From the NCBI GenBank assembly GCA_012295275.1, contig CM022668.1, positions 14,384,001-14,448,000 of the forward strand: 64,000 bases of DNA, given 5' to 3'. The translations under genes were made by a program, and so were the position numbers. This document shows positions 1-13,201 of the stretch, one piece after another. Source of the DNA: Chrysomallon squamiferum. Lineage: Eukaryota > Animalia > Mollusca. Numbering within the stretch: position 1 is the first letter of the stretch; every line of letters starts with the position of its first letter. The notes below the pieces were generated by a model. The model searched no databases. It had not been told where the DNA came from and saw only the letters and a list, made by a program, of their open reading frames with translations.

Positions 1-1800
1 CCTACACGAATGCAGAGAAAAAAGTAAATGTATTGCTATCATTGTAAGGCAATGTGTATACACATAACTTCTAACTATCTTAACTCTACAACTGCAGACA
101 AATATATCACACTTACATACAATACACTGTTGTCAAACAGTGGATATTTAGTCTGGCTGGCTTTAACACTAAAAATCCTTTTCAATTCACTTGGCAGCAT
201 ATAGGTTACAATTTGATACCTTGTAAAGTAGAAACTGAGAGAAAAAAAAACCCACACAAATGAAATTTAAAAAATTGAAGAAAAAATATGAAAAATAATT
301 TTAAGAAATGAAGAAGAAGAAGAAGGAGGAGAAAAAAAAAATGGCTGTCATAATAATATCCTGTTCACAGGGTTTTAAAAAAAAAAAAATGTAACTTGAT
401 TGAATAGATGTATCATGTGTAAAAATAGTAATAAAAGATCAGTTTGTGTGTAATATATGTGTTTGTGTGTGTGTCACTGTGTGTCTATATATATATATAT
501 ATTATATATAGGCAATTCTGCAACGAAGGATGTTACATTTAAAGGAGCAAAAGGTCATATCAAACGTCGAGATTGCTATATTTCTAAAACATATTTAAAA
601 AAAAAAAAAAAAAAAATAAAAGATAATAAGAATAAGAATCATAATATACACAAAAGTACAAAAGAAACTGAGAAAAGAAACCAAAAAAAAAAAAATAAAA
701 TAAAATAAAATTTGAAAAGAAATAAAGTTGCCAATGGCAACATGTTTTACTCTGACCTGTCATCATTAAAGACCCACACATTTTTTTTTTAAATTTATTA
801 TTACTTTGCTTAAACAAACTTTAATTATGTTTAAAAGCAGACCAGTCTGCAGGAATAAATTAAATAGTAATAAATAAATAAATACATAAATAAAAAATAT
901 AAACTAAAATAAGAAATGAAATAAAATAACATAAAATAAAAATATACGGTGTATATCTGTTTAAGAAGAAACATCTAACTGTGTCTTAGTGGAGCTAACA
1001 TTGCAACTAGTCCCATACAATTTAATGAATGCTATTTCCCTTGGGGTAACAGAAGAAAGGGTAACAGAGATTATCTGCTTGAGAAGTAATGGGTCTTATT
1101 TTATTACTTTTAAGTCACACACACACACACACAAATAAATAAATAAATAAATAAATAAAAAAAAATAATTATAATAATTATAATAAAAATAATCAGAAAA
1201 ATAATTTAAAAAAAATATTTTAAAAATAGTCAAAATAATCTTCACGCAATTAACTACATTAAATTCAGTTTTCTCACTAAAACAAATAAGACAAATCAAC
1301 AAGAAGAATGTCAAACAAGAATGGAAACAAATGAAAATAAATTTTAAATAATTTAACTTTAAGAAACTCATTGAGTCACTGTGACATTCCTGTTCGCACA
1401 ACAACACAAGAACTCAATGCCTTTCTCCTTAAAACAGGTTCTCCCATTAACAAACAAACAAACAAGGTCAGGTAACTCCAGTCTACATTGTTTCCCCATG
1501 TCAAAGGTCGCTTCTGGGTGACATTAAAGAAAAGAAAAGTTAATGCCAAGGACAGGACTGTAAAATATATCTGTTAAACATTATGTGGCATTAAAGGCAG
1601 TGATAATGCCAAGAAATACCAATACATTACGACATGTGGTCAGTTTATTTAGACCATCAAATTCAAAATTTCAAAGTCTGAAATATGTTGCTAGGGGCGA
1701 CCATGATACTTTGGTCTCTGCTATTTATTCAACAGACAGATACAGTTATATTACTTTAGCTAATATATTGGTGTGTTCTTTATAATTCAATTTTCAATAC

Positions 1801-1847
<47 letters not shown>

Positions 1848-2526
1848 ATATATTCAAAAAGATAGCAGTGGTACATGAAAACAAATATTTAATATGAAAT
1901 ACAATGGCTCCTTGACTTAATATAATTAATGTTATCTCAAGAATTTGTAATGTCAGATTTAACATCTGGCACACATTCAACAATATTATAATGGGGTTCT
2001 TGGGTTCAAAGACAGAAATAACAAACTTAGGGCTACAGGTGCCCATGTGTGATATCATTATTTAATTTATGTTAGAACACAATAACCTTACAATGAAGAT
2101 ACCGTTTTTTAATGTAACCCACCAATTTAAGAACAGTATTTTTATTATTATTATTTTGTTCTTGTTCTTGTTTTTATTATGGTGTGACAGAGGAAATTGG
2201 CTGTTGTTGTTGTTGTAATTGTCATCTTTGTTACTATTATTATTATTATTATTTTTAATTATTAGAGGAAACTGGTTATTGTCATCTTTGTTATTATTAT
2301 TATTATTATTGCATAAGAGAGGAAACTGGTTATTGTTGTTCTTGTTGTTGTCATCATCATCATTTTAAAGGCAACAAAGACATGTCTGATTAGCTGTAAA
2401 ATTTACACCAAAACACATTATTAAATAATCTTAGCTTACAGACTGATACATTAATTAGTTTGTTTTCCTACTGATAACATTCAATTTCAGAACCTAGAGG
2501 TACCAACACAAAGCTTGATGTGTGTT

Positions 2527-2574
<48 letters not shown>

Positions 2575-4679
2575 CAAGAAACAGACTGAGAGTGAAACAG
2601 AAAGAGAGAACAAGAAACAGACTAAGAGTGAAAGAAAAATACACACATACACATGAACTGCTAAACATTAAATAATAATTAAACACAAAGGCAAATGTTT
2701 TGGATGACAGTTTATAACTGGGTTGTTAAACTTTCAAATCCAGACATGTGGCAAAACGTGGAAATCTTGGAGAACAACTGAGTCCTGTGTTCTGAACAAA
2801 CGTAGGCTCTTAAATACTGTTATTCTTCTATCCCACTATTACTACTACTGAAAAACGTAATATAAAAACAGCTTTATTTTCTTTATTTCTGCTTTAAATA
2901 GACAAGACAGCTACATAAATGAAAGCCCTTCAGGGTTATGAATTATGATACAAACCTTCAAAGGTATTTGTAATCAAAGATTTATAAAAAAAAAAAAATG
3001 TATATGAAGATACACTGTCACTTAAGCTATAAAAACAAGAAAAATAAGTTTAAAAAATGTTTTCATGTTTTAACATATTTATTTAGACGTTGTCTATGCA
3101 CACAATAACAATACTATAATCATTCCTGAATGTTTTTTTAAACAAAGAAAATTAAAATATCTTTTAGAAGTTTAACTGTAACACTGTGTTTGTCAAGTTA
3201 CATGTCATAATCTTGGTTAATAATATTTAAAAAAAGATCTGCAATCCTTGTAACAATAAATTAATATTAAAATCTAAAAATTATCTCTGATGTAAATAAC
3301 AATAAAATAATAATTTTTAAAGAAATCTGTGATTCTTATACCAATAAATTAACATTAAAACTAAAAAAAATCTATGATTTGTATATAATAAATATTCAAA
3401 TTAAAAATGATCTGCAAATCACATAACAATAAATGTTTAAACTGAAAAGAGATCTGTACTTAATACATATTGCTTTTAATTACAAATTTTGTTTACAGTA
3501 ATAAATAATTCACTGCTCCAAATATAGTATCCAATAATTTGATTTATTTCATTAAAGTCCACAACAAAAGAAAGAAAGATTCAAAAATAATAATAATAAT
3601 AATTTTAAAAATGTAGTATTAATAAATAAATAAATAAATAAATAAATATAAAAAAATTTAAAAAATTAAAATACATGCTTCCATTTTATCAGGTCAACTT
3701 CTTAGAAACAATAACTGCGTAATGAAGCACAAGATTTTTCTAAGTGTCTGAAATGACTTCATCAGATTCATAACTTGCAATTACAATCAGACATGGCAAC
3801 AGGCCACCTACTAAATAAATTCTTCAGGCTCTCAAGACATCTTGACCACATTAAGCTTTGATATTTAACTGACCCAAAACGAAGACCCAGAACTTGGTGA
3901 CCATCAAAGATTGCCCATTCAACGTCCAAGATCTTACTGACCAACAAAGATTTATGATCGATATTTCTACTCTTCGTAATAAAGATGACCGATGTGAAAA
4001 TAAATAATCTTTGATAATGAGAAGAAAGTTACTGGATTAAGTGGAGAAAAGGCCATCAATAAATAAACTGTTCACTTGTTGAATGGAATAATAGCCCTAG
4101 ATATTATTCCAAGGGCTGATTAACTAGATTTAAAAAATAAAAATAAAAATAATAAAAATAAAATAAAAAAAAACACAGAGAGAGAAAAAGTAACAAAACA
4201 AAACAAAAATAAAAGAACAAAACAAACTATTACATCATAAAAGGTATAGAGCTTAACATTTTATTCTGATTTGTTTAAAAATCTCTAACTAATGGGGAAT
4301 AATTTCCAATATACTAAATCCTTTTTTTTTAATCTCTCTCTCTCTATCAAGTTTCAAATAATTTTAAGGCTGGTACACAAAAGTGATATTCTATACAGAT
4401 CACAGAAATTTCATGAATTATGCAATGAAAAACTATAAACATTTAATGTAAAATTAGTAAGCAGCAATTACCTTCACAGCACACCTAGGTCTTATTAATG
4501 TCAAGATCGTGAATCACTGTGCTAAATATTGTCCCGGAATAACAACAAAGGAAAATGACATAAATGTGTGTCATTCTCAACATTGTTTTTATTTGTAGTT
4601 ATACTGTATCCATAATCTTAAAGATCAAGCTGCTCCAGCAATAAAGAAAGAGAGAAAAAAAAAAAAAATTAAAAAAAAA

Positions 4680-4870
4680 TCCCACATGGGTTATTATTTT
4701 TCAACCAGGGATCTTTTATATACATTATCCTATTAACAGCTAAGTGTATTCTAATGCTTTTGGTAAAGCAGTCAAGAGACAGTGGTTTGAACTGGAAATA
4801 GCTTATGAATATAGTTAATGATCGGAATGATCCTACAAACCAAAGCATTCTGTACCTAAGCCAGCTACCC
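4680..4870 (-). mobile_element. Degenerate tRNA-derived SINE-like repeat
   Basis: The minus strand has GGATCATTCC...GCTATTTCCAGTTCAAACCACTG...TATATAAAAGATCCCTGG, resembling from memory a gastropod SINE core. Similar remnants occur at ~19345-19560 (-) and ~29510-29670 (+). Not verified by search. Confidence 0.35.
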
Positions 4871-6869
4871 ACTTCTTAGTTTTAATCTTTACCTTCCTAC
4901 AAACAGGAAACCATATAGAATTTAGCCTTCCCATAAAGAAATGGTTAAAGACTAGTTGGATTGGGAAATCATCTCTTATCTAGGTAGCTAAACAATGAAG
5001 AGACAATCAAAAAAAAAAAAAAAAAAAATCCAATTATTGGTTGGATTGGGAAAAACAGCCTCATCTTTACATTGTAATCTCTGATCTCTAGTCCTATATA
5101 AACAAAAAAAAAAATAATAAAAATAAAAATAAAAGAAAAGTTTAATAAATAAATCATGAGAGGTTAGCTGGCTTGGGAAAATCACTTCCCTTGCTGTGCA
5201 ATGTTTAAAGTACGAGCCCAGATACTCGCCGAGTGATAAAGTAAGTGAGTCTCTTGACAATTCACTTGAGTCAGAATCCTATCAGGAAGAGACTTGGCTG
5301 CCTTAGATTTGTTGTTTTTGTCTGCATAGGCTGACTAATTATTAAACTATGATAAGTGTGTGTGTGTGTGCATGTGTGCGTGATGGCATGCATGCATGTG
5401 TGCATATTTTTATGAGTATGTGTATGATGCATGTGTATTTTTATCTTTTTATGTGTGCATGTGTGAGTCTGCATGTGTGCACCCGTGCAAACGTGTGTGC
5501 AAATCTGAAAACAAGGCGATGACGAAATGGAGTCAGATAAATAAAAAAAATGAACACCTAGGTTGTGACTCACTGTCGTCGTAATCAATATTAATAAGCA
5601 ATAGGTCAAATACTTTCAGATAAAAAGGTTAAATGCTTTCAGACTTGAAGGTCAAGAGGTCTAATTATTGGTCAAGTAACTTAAAAACAATTGTTTAGAG
5701 TTACATAAAACCGGGTCAGTATGAATGAAGATTATATTACTGCACGATGAAAATAAGCACCAATTTACACAATTAAAAATAACACAAAAATCGGGACAGA
5801 TAATGTTATTAAAAAAACAAACATTTCCTAGCTAACGGTTTAACATTATCAGTATATAAACTGGTGTATCTAAATGAGATTACTGTTTGTTTTTATTACT
5901 GAAGTATTTCCAGGTTCACAAATCAACATAATCTGTTATATGTAAATTAGTCGCCTGATTATTGATTAATGAATGATGTGGCTAGAAAAAAAGGAGAGAA
6001 AAAAAAAAAGGAGAAAATAAAAAATAGCTTATGACTCAATCTTTCTTTCTTAATTTGCATTCCAGAAGGATTAAAAACACATCAGTTTTATGTTCTTGTA
6101 AGTTACACTAATGATTTTTTATGTTACTTTTGTGTGTTTTGTTTGCGTGTGAGAGATACTTTTAAAACACTATCTTCTTTTATCTTTTCTTAAATGAATC
6201 TAAGACAGACATAAAAGATTGATTTGATAGTCTAAGAGACACCCACAAACATTAAAAAAAAATATATATATATAAAAAAAAAAAAATATTTATAACATGG
6301 CCATAACGGCCTAAGATATCTTGAACATTTAAAAAAAAACAAGATAGATTTACAGATATAAATTTCTTTTTATATTCATGTACTCATGAATAAACAGAGA
6401 AAGACACAGACAACATTATGATTAACCAGCTGATATTCTCACACCAATAAAAAAAAATTAGTTTTGAAAAGAAGAGAAACAGCAAACGACCATAAAAATC
6501 TCTCTAAATATTTAAACAAAACAAGGTACTTTTAAAGATTTTAAAATATCTAGGTCTTTCTTGAATTTATGAATTAAAAGAAGAACTCCCGAACACATCA
6601 GTTATTTTTGACTGTATGTATGCATTCCAAAATATTTTTCTCACTCAACTAAATCACCAATAGATGCAGAACTTGTTAACTGTTTGGGATCAAAAGAATG
6701 CGGCTACGGAAAGGGCATCGGCTGAATTCATTTTCTCTTGGGGTCAAAGGTCAACAAGTCAATGCAAGAGAAAGCAGTGGATGGCAACAGGGACAGATGA
6801 ATTGATTTCAGGCTCCAGCCAACATTTTCTCAATCTGCTACTTGGTAGAGAAGGCTTCAGATTTTGAGG

Positions 6870-7565
6870 GACAGAGCAGGATACAATTCGGCAACTGAGC
6901 AGGATATTTAGAGTTTAGTGTTGAAAGGATATAGTTCAGTGATTACAGAAAAAGATACAGCTAAAGGTAGAACAGCATACATTTGAGTAAAATAAAGATA
7001 ATAGCTCACTGTAGAAATGTGCTAAAGGCATAGAGTTGAGTAAAAATGAGGATTTAGCTCATTGTAGACTATGATACAGTTCAGTACAGACCAGAGATAA
7101 AATTCAGTAGAAGAGTATGTTAAGATCAGTGTAAAACCAAAGTAAAGCTTAGTGTCATAAAGGACACAGCTCAATGTTAATCAGGATATAGTTGAATATA
7201 GATGAGGATCTAGCTCAAATAAAAGGATAGTTCAGTGTATAGGAGGATTCAGTTCTGTGTTCAACATGATAAAAGTTCAGTGCAGTGCAGATATAGCTTA
7301 GTGTAGAGCAGGATATAGTTCAGTGTAGAAAAGGATATAGTTTAATGTACAGGATGCAGCTTAGTAATAGAGTAGAATAAAGCTAAATGTCTGTCACATG
7401 TTACTCAGTTGCAGAGTAGGCTGCAATTAAATAATAGGATACAGCTTAATTTTCAAACAGAATGTAAGAGTTGCAGAGCAGGATATAATTCAGTTCTAGA
7501 GCAGGATTCAGCTCTGATCAGAGCAGTTGTAAATATCAGGATATGGCTTAGCTGTAGAAACAGAT
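6870..7565 (+). repeat. Degenerate ~22-bp minisatellite, consensus ~GCAGGATATAGYTCAGTGTAGA
   Basis: Many diverged consecutive units, e.g. gcagatatagcttagtgtaga-gcaggatatagttcagtgtaga-aaaggatatagtttaatgta at ~7287-7350. Confidence 0.75.
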
Positions 7566-8101
7566 ATATTACACTTCAGCACCCAAGTTTATTCATTTTG
7601 TAAATTTTTAAAACTGTGGTTAAAATAAATGGGAAGAATTCCATTAAGTCTCTGCTGGACCGTTTCATTGTCCAGTTGGGATATATTACCACAATACATT
7701 TCATTGCTATAGAAACCAGTTGATCCTAAGAGATAAATTAACAGATTTTTTTTTTCTCCCCACTCTTATTTGCTATCACAGAAAAACCAGCAGTGAGAAC
7801 ACACACTGTGCAGAAAAATGTTTCCAAATAACAAAGCCAATTTTCCTCTTTCATATGGTTTCATGTTTGGCCCATTGTGTGGTCAAGCAAAACCCAAATT
7901 CAATCAGCTGTATGAATTGGATGGTACAGATTTGTGAGTAAACTAGGTAAAGTGGAAGAGACTGATATGAACATGGCGATGAGAGAACAATGTGTGTAAT
8001 ACAAGCTTGGATGTGTTGGAAACTAAATGTACAAAGAATTTGTTATCAAAATAATGTCAGAAACAAAAACACAGATAAATTAGTAGAGATATACACATAA
8101 A

Positions 8102-8139
<38 letters not shown>

Positions 8140-8774
8140 ACGTGCGTGAATAAAAACAAAACAAAAATGTTAGATAAACATTAACATAACTAAACTATAA
8201 ATAATAAAAATTAAAAAACAACAAAATATAAACAGCATCAACAAAAACAAAGATATAGTTGTTTGCTGAGTACGTTAAGTTAGAACATTCTTACCAAACA
8301 TCTATTCTAGAAACTTTCAACCTGTGTATTTATTGACAGGTTACACAACATTAATAGACAAATATATACATACTAAAAACTACATACCAGTGTGTATTAC
8401 AACAACAATTATTCACCATTTCTTAGTTACTAATCTATATAGAAACCAAGCTGGGAATAGTAAACAAATTGAGCATTTTGGGTTGATGATTTCCATTAAC
8501 TTTTATGTGCAAGTAAATTTAATTATTTCTGCCTGTCAAATATCACACATGTTGCTGTGACCACAGGAAAAGCTTAAAATTCCTTACAAAATGCCTGCCT
8601 GACTGACTGGAACTCTCCCATACAACAATTTTCAGTCAAGTAACATGATGATCTCTTCACATCTCTCTTTGTCTGCTTGTCTTTTTCTTTCTTTGACGTT
8701 TTAAAAAAATCTCTCTCTTTCTCTCTTTCTCTTTTTCTCTTTCTCTCTCATATATACACAAGCTTTCTCCCTCA

Positions 8775-8826
<52 letters not shown>

Positions 8827-9659
8827 ATATGACAACAAAACACATGACCATAATCCTAAAGAGAACAAATTTTTTAAAAAGGATGGTCTTCAATAAAACT
8901 CACAAACATTATACACAAGAATGCACATGCATGCACACACATAAACAGCTCTCTTGCACATTCAAGCATTCACTTTCACATTTACCAAGTATTAATAACA
9001 AGCAGATGTTTATTTTTTCCATTCTATCTAATTAACCAAAGAAATGAACAAAAAGAGAGAGAGAGAGAAAAAAATCTTAATGACAAAATAACAGCTAAAA
9101 CAATTTTGAAAGAAAACATTCCAACAGCAAAAACAACAAACAGAAGAAGAAGAAACTGCAGAAAGAAAAAACCCAAAAGCTTTTCATTAAAATGTTTTAG
9201 AAAAAACAATAGTTGACATATGCCAGGTATTGCAACTTTCAAAATGTTAAGCAACAGAAAATTTCTACTTGTCAATTAAACCAAAGTTGACAAGAAATCT
9301 TCTTCAGAACAAAGAACAATTAATTATATGAAACCTGAAGGTGCAGGAGACAAAATGTTTCCTGTGATAAATTGCCCTGGTCCAATGAGACTAGAAGAAC
9401 AGTGATGGCAGGAAAGATTGTCACAAAGAGAATTAACCAAACCTTTTTTGGTTTCTTTAAATGTAAATTTTGCCAGAAAGCACTTTGACTGTAATTGCAG
9501 ATCGGAAAAATAAAGAAAGAAAACAAAATAATATTGATAATAAAATAGCACAGAATTTGATTAAAAGCTGATGGAAAGGAAGACATCTTTCAAAATTAAA
9601 TTCCAGAGATGAAAAAAAAAAAAAAAAAAAAAAAAAATAACCAGTTTTAAACAGAAATA

Positions 9660-9701
<42 letters not shown>

Positions 9702-9839
9702 ATGTATGCACAGTATGTATTTGTAAGTATGTGACTGGGTGACTGGTTCAGTGTATGTTTGTTTTATAATTATTTAATATCAATAATTATAATGAGGTTT
9801 TCACAGTGACAGTAGTGGTGTATGTTGTGTTCAAAACGT

Positions 9840-10680
9840 CACTAGAAACTGAATTCAAAAAGATGAATTAACATCGCTCCTAATGTAATTACAACAAACA
9901 ACATGAATGTGAAGCTGCTGGTTCAAATACCAGTAGTAACTTGATTAAACAGAATGAAAAGTTATCACCTCTGTTAATGCAATTATTATGACAATTTGAT
10001 TGATAAGGTATGAGTTCAAATCCTGGTAGTAATTTCTGTTTAACAGAAAATGAGGAATCGGTATTATTCCAAATGTAATTAATAAAAATGTTGGTTTGTT
10101 TGGTTGAATCTTAGGCTGCACCTTTAAATAAAATGAACATTTATTCTTATATTATAATATTAGCCATAATCAAAGTTATTGGTGGTAGATTTTTATCTTG
10201 GTATCAACTTAAATTGTCAAAACACATGATATTATATCAATCTTAATACAATCTTATAATTTCTAATAATATGAGTATAAGGTTTATGGTTCAAATCTTG
10301 AAAGTAAGATTTATATAAACAAACAAATAAAACCATTATTAACATAATAATACAATATACAACTGATAGCTTGTGATTCAAATCTCTGCAGTGAATTCAA
10401 TTAAATCACATGTTACTCCAGACATTGTTTAATTTAACGTTTCTAATCAAAACTGAAAGGCTATGAGATCAAATCTCTGCAGTGATTAGAATTTAAATGA
10501 AAAATGAGGAGTTACTCGTGACATCTAATTTTAATGTTTATAATCAAAACCGAACGGCTGTCAGTTCAAATCTCTGCAGTGATTTAGACCTGCTATAGAC
10601 ATCTCTCACTGTAATGTGTATAATTAAAACTGGATGGTGTGGGGTTCAAATCCCACCATCTGCTTCACACCTAATTTGTC
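9840..10680 (+). repeat. Degenerate ~90-bp tandem repeat carrying a GTTCAAATC (B-box/T-loop-like) motif
   Basis: (G/A)TTCAAAT-like motifs recur at about 9921, 10014, 10290, 10377, 10468, 10564 and 10645, with shared flanks such as TCAAATCTCTGCAGTGA x3. Confidence 0.7.
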
Positions 10681-11419
10681 TCCTTCGTTACCAAGAGTGT
10701 TTCTGAAGCTGTCCATTCCTGCAGGCTTACGTCACAACAGTGGACGGAAATGAAAAACATGTTTAATGTCAAATGAACATCATTAAATGTGTTATCAGTT
10801 TACAACAGATATAATGGTGATGCTAAAAAAAAAATACTACATTATCAACACATGGTAATTACGATGATGTACATATGGTTATATCTTACTGCTTACATGT
10901 ACATGTGTGTGTGTGTGTGTGTGTGTTAGAGTCTTCAGCAAGTTAGAGGCATTGTGAATTTATCAGTGTAGAAGTGGAAAGGAAGTTATTTATTTTTTGA
11001 TTGAACTGTTTTCGGTAACCACAAACCACATCACAATAAAGAGAAAATGAGGAAACAAAGACTCAGAGAGCAAAAAAAAAAAAGAACAAAAGAGAAAGAG
11101 ACAGACAGAAATAGAGACAAAGACAGACAGAAACAGAGAAAAAAAAGAAAAGAAACAGAGACAGAAAGACAGATAGTCAGACAGGGAGAGCAGACAAAGA
11201 GGGGCATAGAGACAAAAAGTCAGAGAATGAAAGAGTGACAGATAGAAAGAAAGAAAGAAAAAGTAAAAAAATATAGAAATCTCTTATTTAACGCAAAATC
11301 TTTTTCATCTTCTGGAAAGAATGTAAAGTTTTCGTATCAGAGATACTATTAAACGTACAAGATATTTTCAATACAGTATCTGATAACAACGATATCAAGA
11401 GATACATGAAGTCTGGACT

Positions 11420-11433
11420 GTGCCACCTGCTGG
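11420..11433 (-). promoter_or_regulatory. CTCF consensus site in DIP2 intron 1
   Basis: The minus strand reads CCAGCAGGTGGCAC, a full match to CCASYAGRKGGCRS. This is a motif match only. Confidence 0.4.
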
Positions 11434-11714
11434 AAAAATAATACATCATTTCCTAAAATGATAATGTAGTTGTCTCGGGTTTTTTTGTGGAGTTTTTTTT
11501 TCACCTAACACAGACATCTCTAAAATCATGCTAATAGAGACAGCGATATCAGTAACTGATAACTAACACAGATTTATCTAAAAATTTAGAATCGATGCAA
11601 GAAGGTGCTTTTGAAAAAAAAAAAAAAAAATGAAGGGTTGAGATGCTGAAAGACTAAATTAAGAATAGAGGAAAGGGCAATGAGGAGAAAACAGAAACAG
11701 AGAGAAAAAGAAGT

Positions 11715-11791
<77 letters not shown>

Positions 11792-12469
11792 GAGTAGAGG
11801 TAAAAAAGATGTGTATAATGACCTTGAGATATGGAGTGAAAGAAGTTAAGGAAGAAAAAAAGAGATGATATTTACAGAGAAGAAGCAAGAAATACCAGTA
11901 CAGACATACCGAAATAGTAAGACTGATAGAAAGATACTGTGAGATTGACAGAAAGAGAAAGATAAAGAATAAAGCAGCTGAAAAAAATTCATACCACTGC
12001 AGAAAATAAGAAAGAAAAAAAAAAAAGAAAAGAAAATATAAAATAAAGGAAAAACATACAAAGCCATTTCTATTATAATTCAATGTACTTACCAAGGAAG
12101 AATTTCACATCCATGTTAATTAGAAAACCTGTTATATGCAGTGATGTATTTGAATTAGTTTTAATTAGTAAAATATTTTATCCGAAACAAATCTGCATGA
12201 TGATTCCAAAGTGAATTGGCATGAACAGTGAATATCTTTCAACAAAAACTTCTCAGGAAAGTGTCAAAAATATCACAAATGGCTGGTAAATTATATAACT
12301 GCACCAGACATTTATTATTACATCAACACAGCTGATGTTACACATCTAATTCAGTGTCATACAACATTTATATTTTAACTGCACACAGGTATTAATTATG
12401 ACTTTTACATTCCAACTAAATATTAGCTATGACTTTTCATTTAGAATCGAACTTGGATGCTGACTATAA

Positions 12470-12680
12470 CTAACATATATCTGAATAAACAGTTAAACAT
12501 TACAACAGAATGTTATTACACGTACATCATCTGAATAAACAGTTCAACGTTACAAAAGAATGTTATTACATGTACATCTATCCAAATAAACAGTTAAACG
12601 TTACACAAGAATGATATTACATGCACATATATCTGAATAAACGTTGCATACTCGAGATATTACACGTCTGAAATGAAGAC
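12470..12680 (+). repeat. ~51-bp tandem repeat, about 4 copies
   Basis: ATCTGAATAAACAGTTAAACRTTACA..AGAATGTTATTACA units start at about 12479, 12529, 12580 and 12631. Confidence 0.8.
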
Positions 12681-13153
12681 CCCAAAAACGTCACTGATGT
12701 TATTACACGGCTTGAACTTTGGACACGCCTGTTCGGAAATGGATAGAGACATGAATATGGGAGCACTGGTCCACCACTTCATACATTTCCTGTTCCAAGT
12801 AGAGTGCTAGCATGCAAGCACACTGTCAATCACAAACACTGACTAATTAGGGTAGGGGTGAAGGCAAAGTATCTGTAGTTGGTCAAGTTTCCAAACCCTC
12901 GTCAGATATCGTGAAGAAGTAACAGTTAAGTGGAGTAAATTCACCATGCAAAACTCATTTAGATGCTTTTAGATTTCTGGTGCATTTATTTGTTTCAGAT
13001 GATGTTTTATATACTGAGTTAATTATGGACAAACATATTATGCAATGATTGATATATCTATTCTATCTATATGTATATATATATTTATATAGGTAGATAG
13101 ATAGATACAGATATATATTTTTCTTTTTATCTAAATGAAATAAAAAGTTAAAA

Positions 13154-13201
<48 letters not shown>

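Noticed and set aside
1500-1530. Minus-strand AATGTCACCCAGAAG resembling DIP2 exon 2 (DITQK)
   Set aside because: It continues as RPLT rather than GYEKKR and has no suitable phase-1 acceptor.
10600-10680. Possible tRNA gene (GGTTCAAATCCC)
   Set aside because: Only a T-arm-like hairpin, with no D-arm/A-box or acceptor stem upstream. It is the last unit of a tandem repeat.
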